A DNA stretch of 64,000 bases from Felis catus (lineage: Eukaryota). This document shows positions 1 to 14,104 of this stretch, one piece after another. A program made the position numbers and the translations under genes. Every line of letters starts with the position of its first letter. Position 1 is the first letter of the stretch. The notes under the pieces are model-generated. The model searched no databases, was not told where the DNA came from, and worked only from the letters and a program-made list of their open reading frames with translations. The stretch spans positions 147,190,001-147,254,000 of the forward strand of contig NC_058368.1 of assembly GCF_018350175.1 (NCBI RefSeq). Direction: 5' to 3'.

Positions 1-21
1 TTTGATCTTTTTTAAAAAAAA

Positions 22-204
22 AATTTTAAGTTTATTTATTTATGAGATAGGGAGGGAGCATGAGTGGGGGAGGGGCAGAGAGAGGGGGTCTGATGATCTA
101 CACTGACAGCAGAGATCCTAATGCAGGGCTGGAACTTAAGAAACGTGAGATCATGACCTGATCCGAAGTCAGACGCTCAATCAACTGAGCCACCCAGGCA
201 CCCC
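22..204 (-). mobile_element. CanSINE (older copy, internally deleted)
   Basis: tttatttatt tail, GA-rich tract, gagatcatgacctga, ends gagccacccaggcacccc. Confidence 0.9.
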
Positions 205-2249
205 AGTAAGCCTTGATTTTATCAGACAGTAAATATTTGCAGAGGGAGCTATTTTTTAAAAAATAAACATGAAAGATAAACTACAAAAATGACAGGTAAT
301 ATTGTAACATTTTATTTGTGTAATTCATTTTTAAATTAAAAATTATTTTCACCTATTCTCTCAAGAGTACACAGATACAGAGGCCTCCTTTGGAAATTGT
401 TTGTATGCTGAGGAAAGAAGAACACTTCTTTACTAATGAAAAACATGGCCTGACAGTCAAGCGAATTACTTCTCTTTCAACCAGTTGCCACACAACAGCT
501 ACCAAGTACTTCTAAAAATTGTCCACCGTTATCCCTAAGGTGGGCCTAGTGGCAATTTGATCAGTGGCAATTATGGTAGCAGAATACGGTAGTCTCTATT
601 TGCTGGCTGCTAGATCTGCGTTTACGCATCTTTAGTATCGTGCTTACTTTTGTCAGGTTCAACAACAATCCTAAATTAATGAGTCCAAGCAACATCGATT
701 ACCAGAGGCTTTTAGACATCATTTACATGGTCAGTTAAAACAACTGCTTTCCCTGAATTGCCTGAGTGGCCTGCAAATGCCTTCTGACCTGAGCTGGACT
801 GTTCAGACTAACTCTGCACCAGTGAGTAATGTCACCTGGCAGGTTGAGCAAGAACAGCTGGGCCAGCCAGGGCCAAGCCTCAGGTGCCCTCCCTAGGGCA
901 ACTTCCCTGCCTTTGCCAAGTCGGTGTGAATAGAATGGTTTCAAAGTGAAGTCCTTCTCACTCTGCAAACTCATTCTCTGGAGTGTGGCAAAGAATGGTG
1001 TCTGCATTTTATTGATCTTGCAGCTGACAAGTAAGCAGTGCCTCAAGATGTCTCACATCTTGTTCCTGAGTGTGCTGATTAAGCCTTTCAAATAAGAGAG
1101 ATGCACGGCTGAATCTGTAACAGGAATGCACTACTTTCATTTGCTCTATCTCAATATCCAGACATCTTCAGAATGAAAAGGATTTCAAATTAAAGCCACG
1201 TTAGAAACAAATCTCCTTTAAATGTCTCTAGTCTTCTCTTTCTCTGAGCATCTCATCTTCTCATAGGAGTGAGTCCTCTGCTGTGCTTAGCATAGCACGA
1301 TAATTGTGCTGAACACAAGCACTAGCGAATGGATTACTGATGATCTCCAAAACTGCAGAAACTAATGCTGATTCAAGCATTAACCTCCTTCTGTGCCCCC
1401 TGGACCACGGCCTTTCCTTTATTCCTCGCGTTTCTTTTATTTTAGAGCTGTCTTAAGGTCAGGCTCTGAATGGTGAGGGAGAGGTCAAGGCCACTATTCC
1501 TCACGCTGTGTGGCCTGGAGGTTAAAAGGAACTCTGAAGATTTTTTTCTTTTTTCTGGTGAGACTTGTCACCTAACCGCCCACACATTTGCTCTAATTTC
1601 TCTCAGGCTATCATTTTTCTGGTATTGGGGGTGGCATCCGAAGGCAAGAAAGGGAATGAAGACAGGAAGTATAAGAAAGGTTCCTCTCAGGGATGGGGCT
1701 TGGATGCACTGGTTTGGATGTAGGAGACAATGAGAGGTGGCAAAGGATCTCCCTGGACACAGTGTGGAAATGTGCATATGCACAACATAGCCTTCCCTCC
1801 ACTCGGTCATTCATAAATTCCCATGAGCACCCTCTCCCTGACCTCGAGTGTCAGCTTCTGGTCACAGCACTGGAAGTAATCACCTTAAAAGAACTTAGAA
1901 TGGAGATCCCATTTGGTGATGTTTGTTTCTCTCCACACCTAAATATTGCTTCTTTGTATCAGGGCATAAATTTCACATGTGACCATAGTAACACTGATTA
2001 GAAGAACTAGTAATTTCGAAGTCATAAAAATAGTTGTCAAGAATTAGTTATGCTTATTTGGATGACACATAAATGTATGTGCACGTTAGAGAAAAGTTCA
2101 TTTTGTTGCGTTGCAGTCTTGAAGATGATTCTGTGATATGTGGCCACTAAAGAATTTTCCCCATTCTATAGAAACTGTATTCTATTATTTTCCACGTTGG
2201 AAAGCTCAGAGGTTTCCAGGTCAAATGATAAGCAACAACTATTTGTGCA

Positions 2250-2350
2250 CATTTTTTTTCTCTTAGATAATATACTTTGTAAAGGTAGAAACCATGCTTT
2301 TTGCATTATTTATGTTTCCAAAGCACTTAGCACAGTGCCATACAAATTGC
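2250..2350 (+). mobile_element. Probable L2 3' end fragment
   Basis: ttagataatatactttgtaaaggtagaaaccatg...aaagcacttagcacagtgcca resembles the L2 terminus. Confidence 0.5.
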
Positions 2351-5300
2351 CAGCTCTCTGTCATCATGGGTTAAAGTAAATTAAAACAAATCATTGCTTT
2401 TTGGAATTGCTTCTCTTCTTCCTTGAAATTGAATTAATTTTCTGAATGTAGATATTATCACTCTGAAGATTCAACATACTGGGTGTGTGTTAAAATCAGA
2501 AAGGGTTTCTTGGTATGCTGGGATAACTTGAAAATATATAAGAATCAGCTTTTGCAAGTAGGGGTCAGATCATGTTTGAAATAAAAGCCAGCATTCGTAA
2601 GGTTACAGATTCAATTATCAGCCATCTCGCTATTTTCTTGTAAAATATGGTTATGCTTTTCTTCACGCTGTGTTATCTCAAGTCAATTATGATATATTAT
2701 CAGCTTAAATTAATTGTTTTGAATTGAGGAAAAATTAAAACCATGAATAAACTAAATTATAATAGGAAAGTCAGTTTTTTCAGAATATTGATGCAGAATG
2801 ATGATGTTGTTTACATAGCAGGGCCTATGGGCTTTAATACTCAAAGGTCAAAATTTGTATTGAGATGGTTCACAAAAGTCAACGAAATCTAGTAAGATTA
2901 CCATCCTATTACAGTAAACAATGTTGCTACAGCAAGTAGAAGAATGTGTTTCAGTTTGCTTAAGAAGCATTCTTTCAAATGAGAAAAACATATGGGCTTT
3001 TGAAGTGCTGAATGCACTTTTGCAGCCAGGCAAGATTTCAGTAACTTGTTCTTAGGCTTCCACTTAAACTGAACAATCCATCTTCTACCAACTACGAAGA
3101 TAACAACATGGTTTGATGAAACATTTGTCTGTATAGTCAAAAGCCTGCAATTCAAAAACCTGCAGATGTATACCTATTCTTGCCTCCTGACAAAACATAC
3201 ATCTGCACAAGAAAGAGCTAAAAAGGGGTATAAATGCCAAGGTAAAATGCTAAAGGTAGGATTCTGTTGCTTCAAGAAACTTGAGTTGAATACCAATTGT
3301 AAATACTCAAACACTGCTATGCAGAGGGCATATTCCCTTGCTTTTAAGTTATTTACATCTTTTAAGATTTTGTTGGTGAATGCATATCAGGATAAATACC
3401 ACAGGGCACTGCCTCAGATGTATTGTTATAAAGCAATATTCTTGGCATGCCAACCACTGATTTTTATTTGACTGATAAATCATAGTCCCAAATCCAATGA
3501 TCAGCTATCTAGCCATTTTTTCCTATGCCATGTGGTTGTGTTTTTCTTCACACTGGATGCTGTCTCAGGTCAAGTATGAAGCCTTAGTGTTGCAGAGGTC
3601 AAAAGAAATCCACGAGTTTAAAAGGGAAGCCACTGCAGATGGCAAGATATGTCATAATGAGCCCCCTCTAATGCTAGAACACTTCGGAAAGTAGGCAGAA
3701 CAAAGGATAGAGAGCACAGAGAAGCTAGAAAGTGTGTAGTAGGTGATTTGTTTATTTGAATCCTAGAGACTTCTACATTATGTATTCACTCCTAAAAGTA
3801 TGAAGAAATGTTTCTCATATAGAAAATAAATAGATAATACCCATATAGTCAGAGAAGTATGGGAGTTGTAGAAGGGAACTAAAAATTCCAGTATAGAGCT
3901 AAGACAGAAGATGAATTCTTGATATATGCATTTCCTAACTAAACATTCCTAGAGGATAAAGAAACACAAAGGCTTTGCATATAGTATTTGCAATTGCTTC
4001 CATGGTTCTGTAAGGGAAAATTCAACATAGAATTTTAAACAGAGCAAATGTAAAGCTATTAAAACAAAGGATGCTTTATGAATTTTATAGAAAGAATATT
4101 CTAGGAGAATTTAACAATTTTATGACAAACCTGTAAAAACTAAGCCAGCTTTTCATACATTATCTCTTATTCAATAGAGATTCATACTAGTTCTGTTTTA
4201 TAATGTAATCAATATGGGCCAGCCTATTAAAATAGAAAATTTAATATTTGCTTCTTTTCAACTTTATTATATGTAACAGTAAAGTAGACCCTGATATTAT
4301 GCATTGTCCAGGTTAAATGCTCATTTTTTGCTGGAAATGTTTGTAGAAAAAATAACTTCTAAATTTTGTATCTGAGCTACCTAATAATGCATATGTACAT
4401 TTCAAAGAAGCAGAGGTATTTAAAAATCTTAAATCCGGATTTAAAACTTCAGCTACTGAAATGAGCACAGAATATTAGCTGTGTTTAACAAAATACCCAT
4501 TATTGGATAAATTGCTATTTTCTGATATATACCAATAGGATACATTACTGTTATGTAGTTCAAGCTAATGATTAAGTAAATAAATATGCTCCTATAAACA
4601 TATTAAAATGTATGACAAATATAAAGTTTTAAACTACAAATAATCCTGTGACTGCTCATTAGGAAGTTGTAATTTTGAAAAAAATTAGTAAAAACTAGAG
4701 TTTCATGCTTTTTGTTAAGCTTTTAATTAAAAGACAATTTACTGTTTCTCTAATTTTGAAATTATTTAAAAGACTATGTTTTTTTAGCAGCTTCCACCTT
4801 ATTATGTTGGATATCTCACCACCCTAGTATACATATTTATAATATTAGCTAGGGATCAGGTAAGGGCCATCAAATCACACACATAAAATAATGCAAAGTA
4901 ATTAACGCAAAAGAGGGGTGGAAGAATTACCATCATTTCTAAAAAGCCAGTACAAATAAAGAAAACAGTGACTTGTTTTTCTGAGGAATCCCTCCTATGC
5001 TTCAAAAAACAGTAAAAGCAGTTATTTTATAATTTAAAGGTCTTCAGGATACAGCAGTATATAACTACCATTTTTAATATACAGAATGATAAATTGTATA
5101 AAAATAGAATCAGATATATATATATATATGATTTTGTTATAAAGCAAATATATGTATTACCTTACATTAGTAAGAAAATATTTCATTAACTGAACAGTAT
5201 TCTTCAATTACCCAAATTCTCTTTAACTACAGAAAAGATAAATGACTATGTGAACTATAAATTGCTCAGGCAGGGGGTTATGGTAATACATATATTTGGT

Positions 5301-7697
5301 GCCTTCATACTTTCAAAAGTTATCTGCTCAGCTAAACTAAAACTGTAAAGATTGAGAAGGAAATAGAAACACTTGTTTTGTATTAATAGATTTAAAGGTG
5401 TACAATTTCATAAGATCATGCATTTTACAAATGTAAGTAATTTGCTTGGGAAATAATCAAAGTAAAAAGTAAGTTGTAATATACTGCTGACTCGTGATGT
5501 ACATGAAGTGACTTATTAAGTCTTGGAAAAATGTTCTATTATAGCAGTTCATCAAGACAGCTCTTCATGGCACTTTTGGTTAAGGGTATGAAAAAAAATG
5601 TAGTTCCTGATATCTGTATTTTTAACAAATCTGAGTGATACCAATATACAGCAAAGTATGGAAACTGTGAGTTAATTGTATTACAAGGAGAAAAACACCA
5701 CCCACCTTAGGTTTGTTCCATAAATTGGAAACAATATAGGGTAAGCACATAGTAAATTATATGGCAATCAATATGCCCTTAGTGAATGGTAGTTCTTACG
5801 TTGTTGTTATTGTTATTTTACTGTTATAAAGCAAAAGTGAGAGTCAAAAGTCATGGAAGGGGGGAGTTGACTTTCACTGTGACTATTTGGAGACCCGAGG
5901 TTTCAACATCTTTGCTGGTACAGGCAGGTTTTACATGCATTTACTTCTCATATGAGAAATAAGAGTAGAACATCTACTCCCATTTCCCATGCAAACGTCC
6001 TCTAATAAAAATTAAAATACATACAGGAGCACAATTATTAATCATGGGCAGTTACTGAAAACGATTCAAAATGCTATGTCACTTGGCATCTCCTTAATAT
6101 CATATTCATCATCAGATATTTCTGTCGTCAAGGCATTCAAATTGTCAGATAAATCTCTGCCTGGGGGAAATATAAACTATAGCTTCTTGTAAAGAATGAA
6201 AACTAAGTGATTCCCCACAGTATATTGCCAGACTTGCTGGAAATAAAAATAACTAATTAAATAATCTCTTTTTAAAATAGGTCTGTGTCTGGCAGGCACT
6301 TTTATTCATTGTGGTACAAAATGGGGATCTCCTATGGAAAAATCTCATATTAACAGTTTGATAAACCAGATTACAATTCTGAAAGGCGCCTTTATAATCA
6401 AGTTTCTTGCCCAATCTAATATCCAAGTAATCCTATCTTTAAGCTAGATGGAGATGGAGTTTTAGCTGCTGGCAATTTTGTTTCAGTAATCAAAGATATT
6501 TCATTTCCTTGAGTCCGTAACTGACAGTAAAGTAACAAACCATTTCCCCCCAAATTGAGTACTACCTGGTTCTCATATCTTCAGCATAAGCTCTTCTGTT
6601 TCATCATGACTTATTTTTCTAAACAACGTGAAGAGAAAGTTAATATTCATTGTTTCGGATTTCCAAGGACATAAAGGGGATGTATTAAAACAAAACAAAA
6701 CAAAACAGCTCATTAAATGCCCTTAGCACCCAGCTAACTCTTTTCATGATCTGATTTTGAGATATAAGAAAACCACACATGAATACTGGTTTCTTATGAA
6801 GTGTCATATAAAAAAGTAAAATGAAGAGACAGTTTCAGAAAAAAGAAAAGAACTGTATGATAAATTCAGGAAATGTACATCTTGGCACAGGGGTTGTCAA
6901 AAGCACATGATAAAATACTTCAGATGATGCAATAAAACATTCTGGTTTATTTGTTCCATATAAAGAAGTGCAGCTTACATTTTTGTACAGAAGTCGGCAG
7001 GGCAGCAAATATACACTTAAAATCCCTGAATGAGTGATTATCTCTTCTTTTGCAGTTTCCTTTTCCTCAAGCCATCAACCTCAGTAATGCCTAATTCTAA
7101 GCTCACCACTGGTTGAAAGGGAATAGAAAGAAGCTTGATAAAATACTTCTTTAAATACCTTATCTTTATTACAATGGCTGTTAATGTAACACTGGAGTTC
7201 AGGGTTCTGTTTTTTACTCTCTCAGATCACCCAGATGTCATTGCATGGAATCATCTAAGAAACACTATGTTTTTCTTTCTCATTCCTAATTACTTATTCA
7301 TGACTAGAAATTCCACTTTCAGGGATAAGTAGTATTAAAAATTCTTGACTCTTTTCTCTATTGTTTTTTTCTTGGAGATAGCCAAATGCCCTCTTGAATA
7401 GAACAGGGAAATTTTTTTCCTACTGAAGATAAATCAGTAGAATTACAAAACAAAGATAATTTAGCCACATGAAACTAGAGGGTAAGTTATTTACATATGG
7501 TCCTTTGTCATAGAGAAATGTCACAAATGTGATCTTTTTGAAGTTTGATTTCATACTCTGAAAGATGTTAAGGGTTAAATCGAGTAAGCACTAAGTTAAA
7601 AATATATAAACATATATTAGTAAAAATTATATTAGAAGAATAATGCTAATAACAAATAACTGTATTCCTAAGGGTTCTGAATTTAATTAATTAATTA

Positions 7698-7904
7698 ATT
7701 TTTAAAGTTTATTCATTTATTTATTTATTGAGAGAGAACACAAGACGGGTAAGGGCAGCAAGAGATGTAGAAAGAGAATCCCAAGCAGGCTCCGCACCAT
7801 CAGTGCAGAGCCTGGCATGAGACTCCATCCCATAACCATGAGATCATGACCTGAGCTGAAATCAAGAGTCAGATGCTTAACTGAATGAGCCACCCAGACA
7901 CCCC
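7698..7904 (-). mobile_element. CanSINE
   Basis: gagaatcccaagcaggctccgcacc...gagccacccagacacccc; degenerate TSD aagg(g)t(t)ctgaattt on both sides. Confidence 0.92.
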
Positions 7905-8272
7905 ATTAAAAGGTCTGAATTTTAGTAGAAAGATTGCCAGTCTTCATTCAGCATGTACCAACAAGTGACAGAGAAAGCGGAGATAAGACTAGAGTCTCAT
8001 GAGTATATCAAACTGCCTTAATAACTTAGAACGACATTGTGCTAGAGTCTAAAATTCACATTGGATTAGAAAGGTGGCATTACCCTAGTCATTACACTCT
8101 GTATGTGCACTGAGCAGCGCTTGGGAGTATGGGCCTAATCCTCCAACTTTCTTGCTTCATTATTGCCTGTCTTAATGGTTGCAAAAAGTGAGAACTTAAA
8201 ACACTGGCAGGTTGTTTCAGAAGTTTCTGTCTGGAAAATGCTTCAAAACAACACAATAAACACACACACACA

Positions 8273-8479
8273 TGTTTATATGTTATTTATTTTGAGAAAG
8301 AGAGAGAGAGTGAGCAGGGGAGGGGCGGGGGGGGGCAGGGAAGGAGGATCCCAAGAGAGAGAATCTCTATGCTGACAGCACTGAGCCTGACATGGGGCTC
8401 AAACTCATGAACCATGAGGCCATAATGTGAGCTGAAACCAAGAAGCTGGAGGCTTAACTGACTGAGCCACCCAACACCC
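8273..8479 (-). mobile_element. CanSINE (diverged)
   Basis: ttatttattttgagaaagagagagagag...gcttaactgactgagccacccaacaccc. Confidence 0.9.
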
Positions 8480-8619
8480 TCACAAATTGATATTTTAAAA
8501 TCAAACTGTAAATAGGTGTTTAAATGTCATTTATTATATTAGCTATTAAATCCTGTGGCTAATTTCATTGCTTAAGTAATTCTCATATTTGTCTTTTCTC
8601 ATTCATTGTATTGCCATAG

Positions 8620-9150
8620 CTAAGGATCTCACTGTCTATGCACCTGCCTTCTACTTGACTGAGGCTCCCTCTTTGATCCTACACATTGAATTCCAAATAA
8701 ACTTTCTGAAAATCTGACCATTTCACTCTTCTGATTACATTTTCTTTCAGTGGATCCGTGTTGCTCAAAAAAATAAAGGCCATCCTCCTGGCTGCTTAAA
8801 ATTTATCTTAGAGGAAATTTTACTTAGATGGAGCCATATGAAATATTTTTGCAGCTCATGTCCCTGTCATTTTCTTCCCTGTCCTACCTTTTCCACAAGT
8901 TGAATTAACTACCAATTCTGGGTTCCAAAAAGACTGTAAGCACACCTACATCACAGATAGAACTTAGCATTTAATTATACTTCATCATATATCTATGAAT
9001 TTATTAATATTTCTTCCACATAAGACTGGAAATTCTTCCAAGGTTGGACAAGGGTTATTAGGTCCCATCTGTTGGACTATACATTCCCTGAACCTTCCAT
9101 AGTGCCTGCTAGTAAAAGGGGCTCCTAATATATATTTGGTTAATTCATTT
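8620..9150 (+). mobile_element. L2 fragment
   Basis: Pyrimidine-rich body ending taagactggaaattcttccaagg...catagtgcctgctagtaaaagggctcctaatatatatttggttaatt, typical of an L2 3' end. Confidence 0.55.
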
Positions 9151-9459
9151 GAGGTTCATGAACTGAGTCTCCCTCTGTAGAGTGATTCCCTATCCAGCAA
9201 TGCAAACTCTTGCTGCATTTTACTCATTACTACTTCAAGCTCATTACCTGTTTTCCACTTCCAATAGTCTTCTAACAACTAAGAGAAGTAATATTTAAAC
9301 ATTGCAATTCCCTCTAGATGAACATTTCATTCTTTTCTGCTCCCCTTCCAAAGGTAGAGATCTTTTTTCTCTCACAGACACTACTAAAGAATAAAAACGA
9401 AACACATATATATTATAAAGAAAAATATGTCAGACATTGCAGTCTTGAAAATAACCCAA

Positions 9460-9575
9460 TGAATAGTAACTTCATTCCCAATTTTAACTGAGGCAACTGA
9501 GGCTCAGAAAGGTTAAGTAACTTCCTTAAAGTCACAGAGTGAGGATTTGGCCTCACATGTATCTATTGCCAAAGG
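9460..9575 (-). mobile_element. MIR fragment
   Basis: MIR core attccca-attttaactgaggcaactgaggctcagaaaggttaagtaacttccttaaagtcacaga. Confidence 0.8.
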
Positions 9576-11022
9576 TTCACAATAAACATTGTGATACGAT
9601 GTGCTGGGACATTCTGTTTGCTGCACATGCCTTAAGCAGCTTAGAGAAGTGATGAAAAATGGTGAGCAGGTCACTTGGCCATCATGTTTATAGAGATATG
9701 TAGTAGTGACTTAACTCACTCTGTGTTCTTCATTGTTGCTTCTGTCATGACTTGTGGACTGAAGGTTCAACACAGACTGTTATTCATTCAACATTTAACA
9801 AATGTATGTTGAGTTCTGTGCAAGGCAGAGGCATAATATTTCCTGCCGTAGTCTTTTAAGGTTCAAAGTGATTCTACAACTAAGAACAGCATAGTAGAAA
9901 CTAATTTAAAGTTAGCATCATTTTATAACTTTATCCACAGGGAAGGACTAGGGCAAAATGCCTACCTCAAGGACTTCTAGAGTTTTATTTTTCCTCTCTC
10001 TCTCTCACTATTTGTTTTATTGCCACAATTTAAGAACTGCTTTTATATTTTCACTTATAAGAAAGCCAATTACAGCATAGGACATTCTTCTCCACTTAAC
10101 AAATGCCTCAGGATAAACTGTGGAAGCAACTGTTTTCAATGCTGACATCTTCAAACATGAAATTAGCATCTGAGTGAGTATCACAACATTAGTCTAACTT
10201 AGAATACAAAGGTAAATGTTTATGTGTAATTCCCAAAATTCCTATCATTACTTTATCAAGAACTTTGTGTCTTAACCCAGTATTATTTCTGTGGTTGTTG
10301 TTAACTACTGTTTCCAATAGCTTAGTATTTTTGGTTCACAATAATCCTTAGAATAAATAAGCAAACACCAGATAAACACTCATATGCACACAAAGTTGGA
10401 TTTCCCCAGTACATTTCTCCTTTCTATCATATTCACTTTAATGTGGGTCCAAGACTCATTATCTGGGCTAACAAATTAAAAAGTAAACATGAGGAAAATA
10501 AATCAATCGCTTATATTTATCCCACATGTCTTGCAACCATTCTAAAATTCGGTTTTAACTCCTGTCTCTAGTCAGCATGACTAATTAATAACACTCATTA
10601 TTAACTGAAACATGATTTTTGCAGGTTTTAACTTTTATCAATACCTTCTGATTAAGATGGCATGCTGAAAATAAATTTCATTTCAACCAGTCATAAAAGC
10701 AGCCTTGTAGACAATTTACTTGGCCAGTCAGTTCCTGGAATTTCAAAAACTATACATTTGATTATTTTCTTGGGAGCAAAGGAGCTGTGACTATGATTCA
10801 AAATAGTCACTTCTTTTTTCTTGTATGCTGTTGAAAAGTGTAAGACCGATCCTAGAAAATTTTCTAATATTTTTCTTTTTTAAAATGCAGTTAAAATTTG
10901 GATTAAATGTATCTAGTGGTCTGTTCATTATATTTAGATAAGTGATAATCTGCTTCCAATTTTTGTTGTTGTTGCTAATCAAAACAGATGAAGGCATCTA
11001 CGTCTCTCTTCCTCAAATTCTT

Positions 11023-11240
11023 TTTTTTTCTTTTTTTAATGTTTATTTATTATTTAGAGACAGAGAGTCAGAGCATAAGCATGGAAGGGGCAGAGAGAGG
11101 AGGAGACACAGAACCCGAAGCAGGCTCCAGGCCCTGAGCTGTCAGCACAGAGTCGGACGCAGGGCTGGAACTCACCAAGTGTGATATTATGACCTGAGCC
11201 GAAGTCAGATGCTTAAATGACTGAGCCACCCAGGTGCCCC
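11023..11240 (-). mobile_element. CanSINE with 18-bp TSD
   Basis: Full body; TSD tctct(t/c)cctcaaattctt at 11005-11022 and 11241-11258. Confidence 0.95.
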
Positions 11241-11579
11241 TCTCTCCCTCAAATTCTTATTAAAAACTCAAAGAAATCTTCGCCACTCAACTGTTCTGGT
11301 TTGTCAAACGCCAAATTTATCCATACAGGTATTTCAGGAAGGAGGAAAGGAAATATATTGAAGAAACCATAACTCTTCTTGAAAGACTTTAGATTTGAAA
11401 AGGGATTTTGCCAACTACACACGTGTAAGACACACTCCAGAAAGGATACAGTAACAATAAGTAAATACTGTATGTGCAGCCGTTGGTATTGTGCTGCCTG
11501 TAGTGGATTTAAATGGACTCTATTTCAGAAGGACAAGAAACTAAAACGTTAAATTTATTTATATTTTCCAAGTGTTTTT

Positions 11580-11580
<1 letters not shown>

Positions 11581-11628
<48 letters not shown>
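11581..11628. repeat. (CTAT)12 tetranucleotide microsatellite
   Basis: Perfect repeat read directly. Confidence 0.97.
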
Positions 11629-11805
11629 ATTACTTTTCTAATCAGAAATAATGTCTAAGAAACACTGAAGTGTCATTCAAAACAAGTGAAATGTCAACAG
11701 TTTTCCAAGTGGACTATAGGGATGGTGGTATCACCTGTTGCTAAGTGGCATAGAGATGCTCACTAAAACAACTTGATGGATACGAGTATTTTCTAATTAA
11801 GGTAG

Positions 11806-11808
<3 letters not shown>

Positions 11809-11849
<41 letters not shown>

Positions 11850-11857
11850 TGTGTGTG
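11809..11857. repeat. (GT)n microsatellite followed by a GA-rich tract
   Basis: Read directly. Confidence 0.95.
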
Positions 11858-14104
11858 CGAGAGAGAGAAAGGGAGAAAGGGAGAAAGGGAGAGAGAAATG
11901 CTGTATAATGATTTTATTAATTTTAAATAATTCTAAACACATCTGCACATTTGGGTAGGGTATCGGGGGCAGATACATTGACTTCTTCACGTATGGCTTT
12001 AACATAAATGATGGTAAAGTTCTACTCACCATGGGAAAAACATTTGGACAACCTAAATCCATGCATCACTTGCTTTAGTATTAATCCATATTTGTATTCT
12101 CTGGATGTAAAAATCATTAGTTGGATGTCTTAGCTTAGATATAAATGCCTGCTAACAGTAAATTTTTTGAATGTTCGTGCTCCCCAAATTTCTATGGTAC
12201 TGTTAATATAACAGATTTCAGTGACACAAAAATCCCATTATTGTTTACCATTGTGTACCATTGTCTTAGGTACCACTAACATACCAACGAGTTTAAGATG
12301 TATCCCAATTTCAGAGATGTTAATACGTTTAAACAAAATGGCATGCATGTTAAAATTGAGGAAGTCTACGTGATTTCTGTTTATCTTTCTCTGAAAGGTG
12401 ATCTTTTCAGTTTTTTTTATAAACAACTCCTTATTCCTATATTCCTGATCCTACCAAATGAACTACAATTAGGCAGTCCTACAATTGGTACAGTGAAGCC
12501 AGAACCACAAAATTACTTCTTCCGGGTCATATCAGGTACAAAAACCTACGGACTTCATATAAGACTGGGAAAATGAAATTTTTTCTTGTTACTGGTTTGT
12601 CCATTTAAATGGGTATGGATTATTGGGAATTTTATATGTTATATGAATTTTATATGAATTTTATAATTTCACACTAGCAAGGCCATTACCCTTAGTACAT
12701 GAAAAAAATGTTTTACTTTTTACAATTAGAACAAACACCAGAAGAATGCTGTTAATAGCTCTGCAGGGACTTCTAAAGTGCTCTGTATAATGAATGAACT
12801 CACCTAAGCTCCTATGATAAAATCCACCTGACTACTCAAAAGGTTAAATGTGTATAAAAAGCTGGTATTTTGCTATGCAAGGAAGAGTTAAGATATACTA
12901 AATGAATTGCTTTTCTTCTCAGGTACAATTATAAGCTGATTACTTTTTGGTGCTATAGGTAACCTTTTCATGTACAACCCATTGCACTCTTTATTATTCA
13001 TTTAAAAAAAAAGCTACCTCAAGTAAAAATATTGTTATAATTGAGGAATACTAGATAAGGTGAAATTCATCATTTAAGCAAAGAAGAAAACAGTAAAAAC
13101 ATAGGGAAAAGCAAAAATGCAATGAGAGGCTATGTGACCTGAAAACAGAAATAAAGAGAGAAGGAAAAAGCAAGCCAGAAGCCCAAGGAATCAACAAACC
13201 TTCTTTACAGTTTGGGTTCACACATGATCCTGAATATAGTGCTGTTAATAAGGTAAATTTAATTGGTCTATTTTTTTCTGTAATCAAAAAGCCAGAGAAA
13301 AGTATATCAGAGCAATAATTTAAAATCCTAATGTCAATGGTTGTATTATAGATTTTGATGGTATTCTCAGCACCTACCGTAATGCTATTGCCACAGGCAT
13401 ACTGTAAAAAAAAATCTAGGTTATTAGATGACCAGACAGTTTCACTGTTTTATTCCAGTCTAGCACTCAGAGACCTGTGCAAACTTATCCTCCTTAAAGA
13501 AAGAAGATCAAATAAACATTAGAATTGTAGGAGACAAGAAAGTGTATACTGCTTAAAACAACTCTAGGTACAAGTATATTCTGACATAACTAAATTCAAA
13601 GGTAGTCTTAATTATGTTTAAGACAATACCTTAATGCTTTGAAACTGATGTTTCACACTAGCGAAAATATCACTAAGCTAACGGACTGACATTCTTTTTT
13701 TTTTTTTTTAAGGTAATGAGTATTCCCCATTTACCCTGTATTTGATGCTATGATTCGCATGGCTAGCACTTTTTGGTTAACTTATACACCAGAGTGGCCT
13801 TCTTCTAAAGCAACTACGTATATGATATTGACAAATAATATTGACGTATATGATATGCAACTAAACTGTTACATACATAATAGCTGATTTTAAGAAAATT
13901 GAAAAGTCCTTGGTAAAAGAGAGACTGGTTTTGCTCAACTTCAGACAGTAGCTCCTGGAGGGATGTTCTTTAGTTTCTTTCTGTTTCCTTGTCTTGTAAC
14001 TACAGTGCAGTGTCCATAGGTAACATATCACAGAGTTACAAACTCTCCAAATCTTCACTGCTGATGAGAAGTGGGAATGGGTTCAATAAAAAGTCAACAC
14101 TACC

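Noticed and set aside
2848..3694. Cluster of short ORFs that might be further EDIL3 exons
   Set aside because: No EGF or discoidin similarity in the translations and no convincing splice-site pair.
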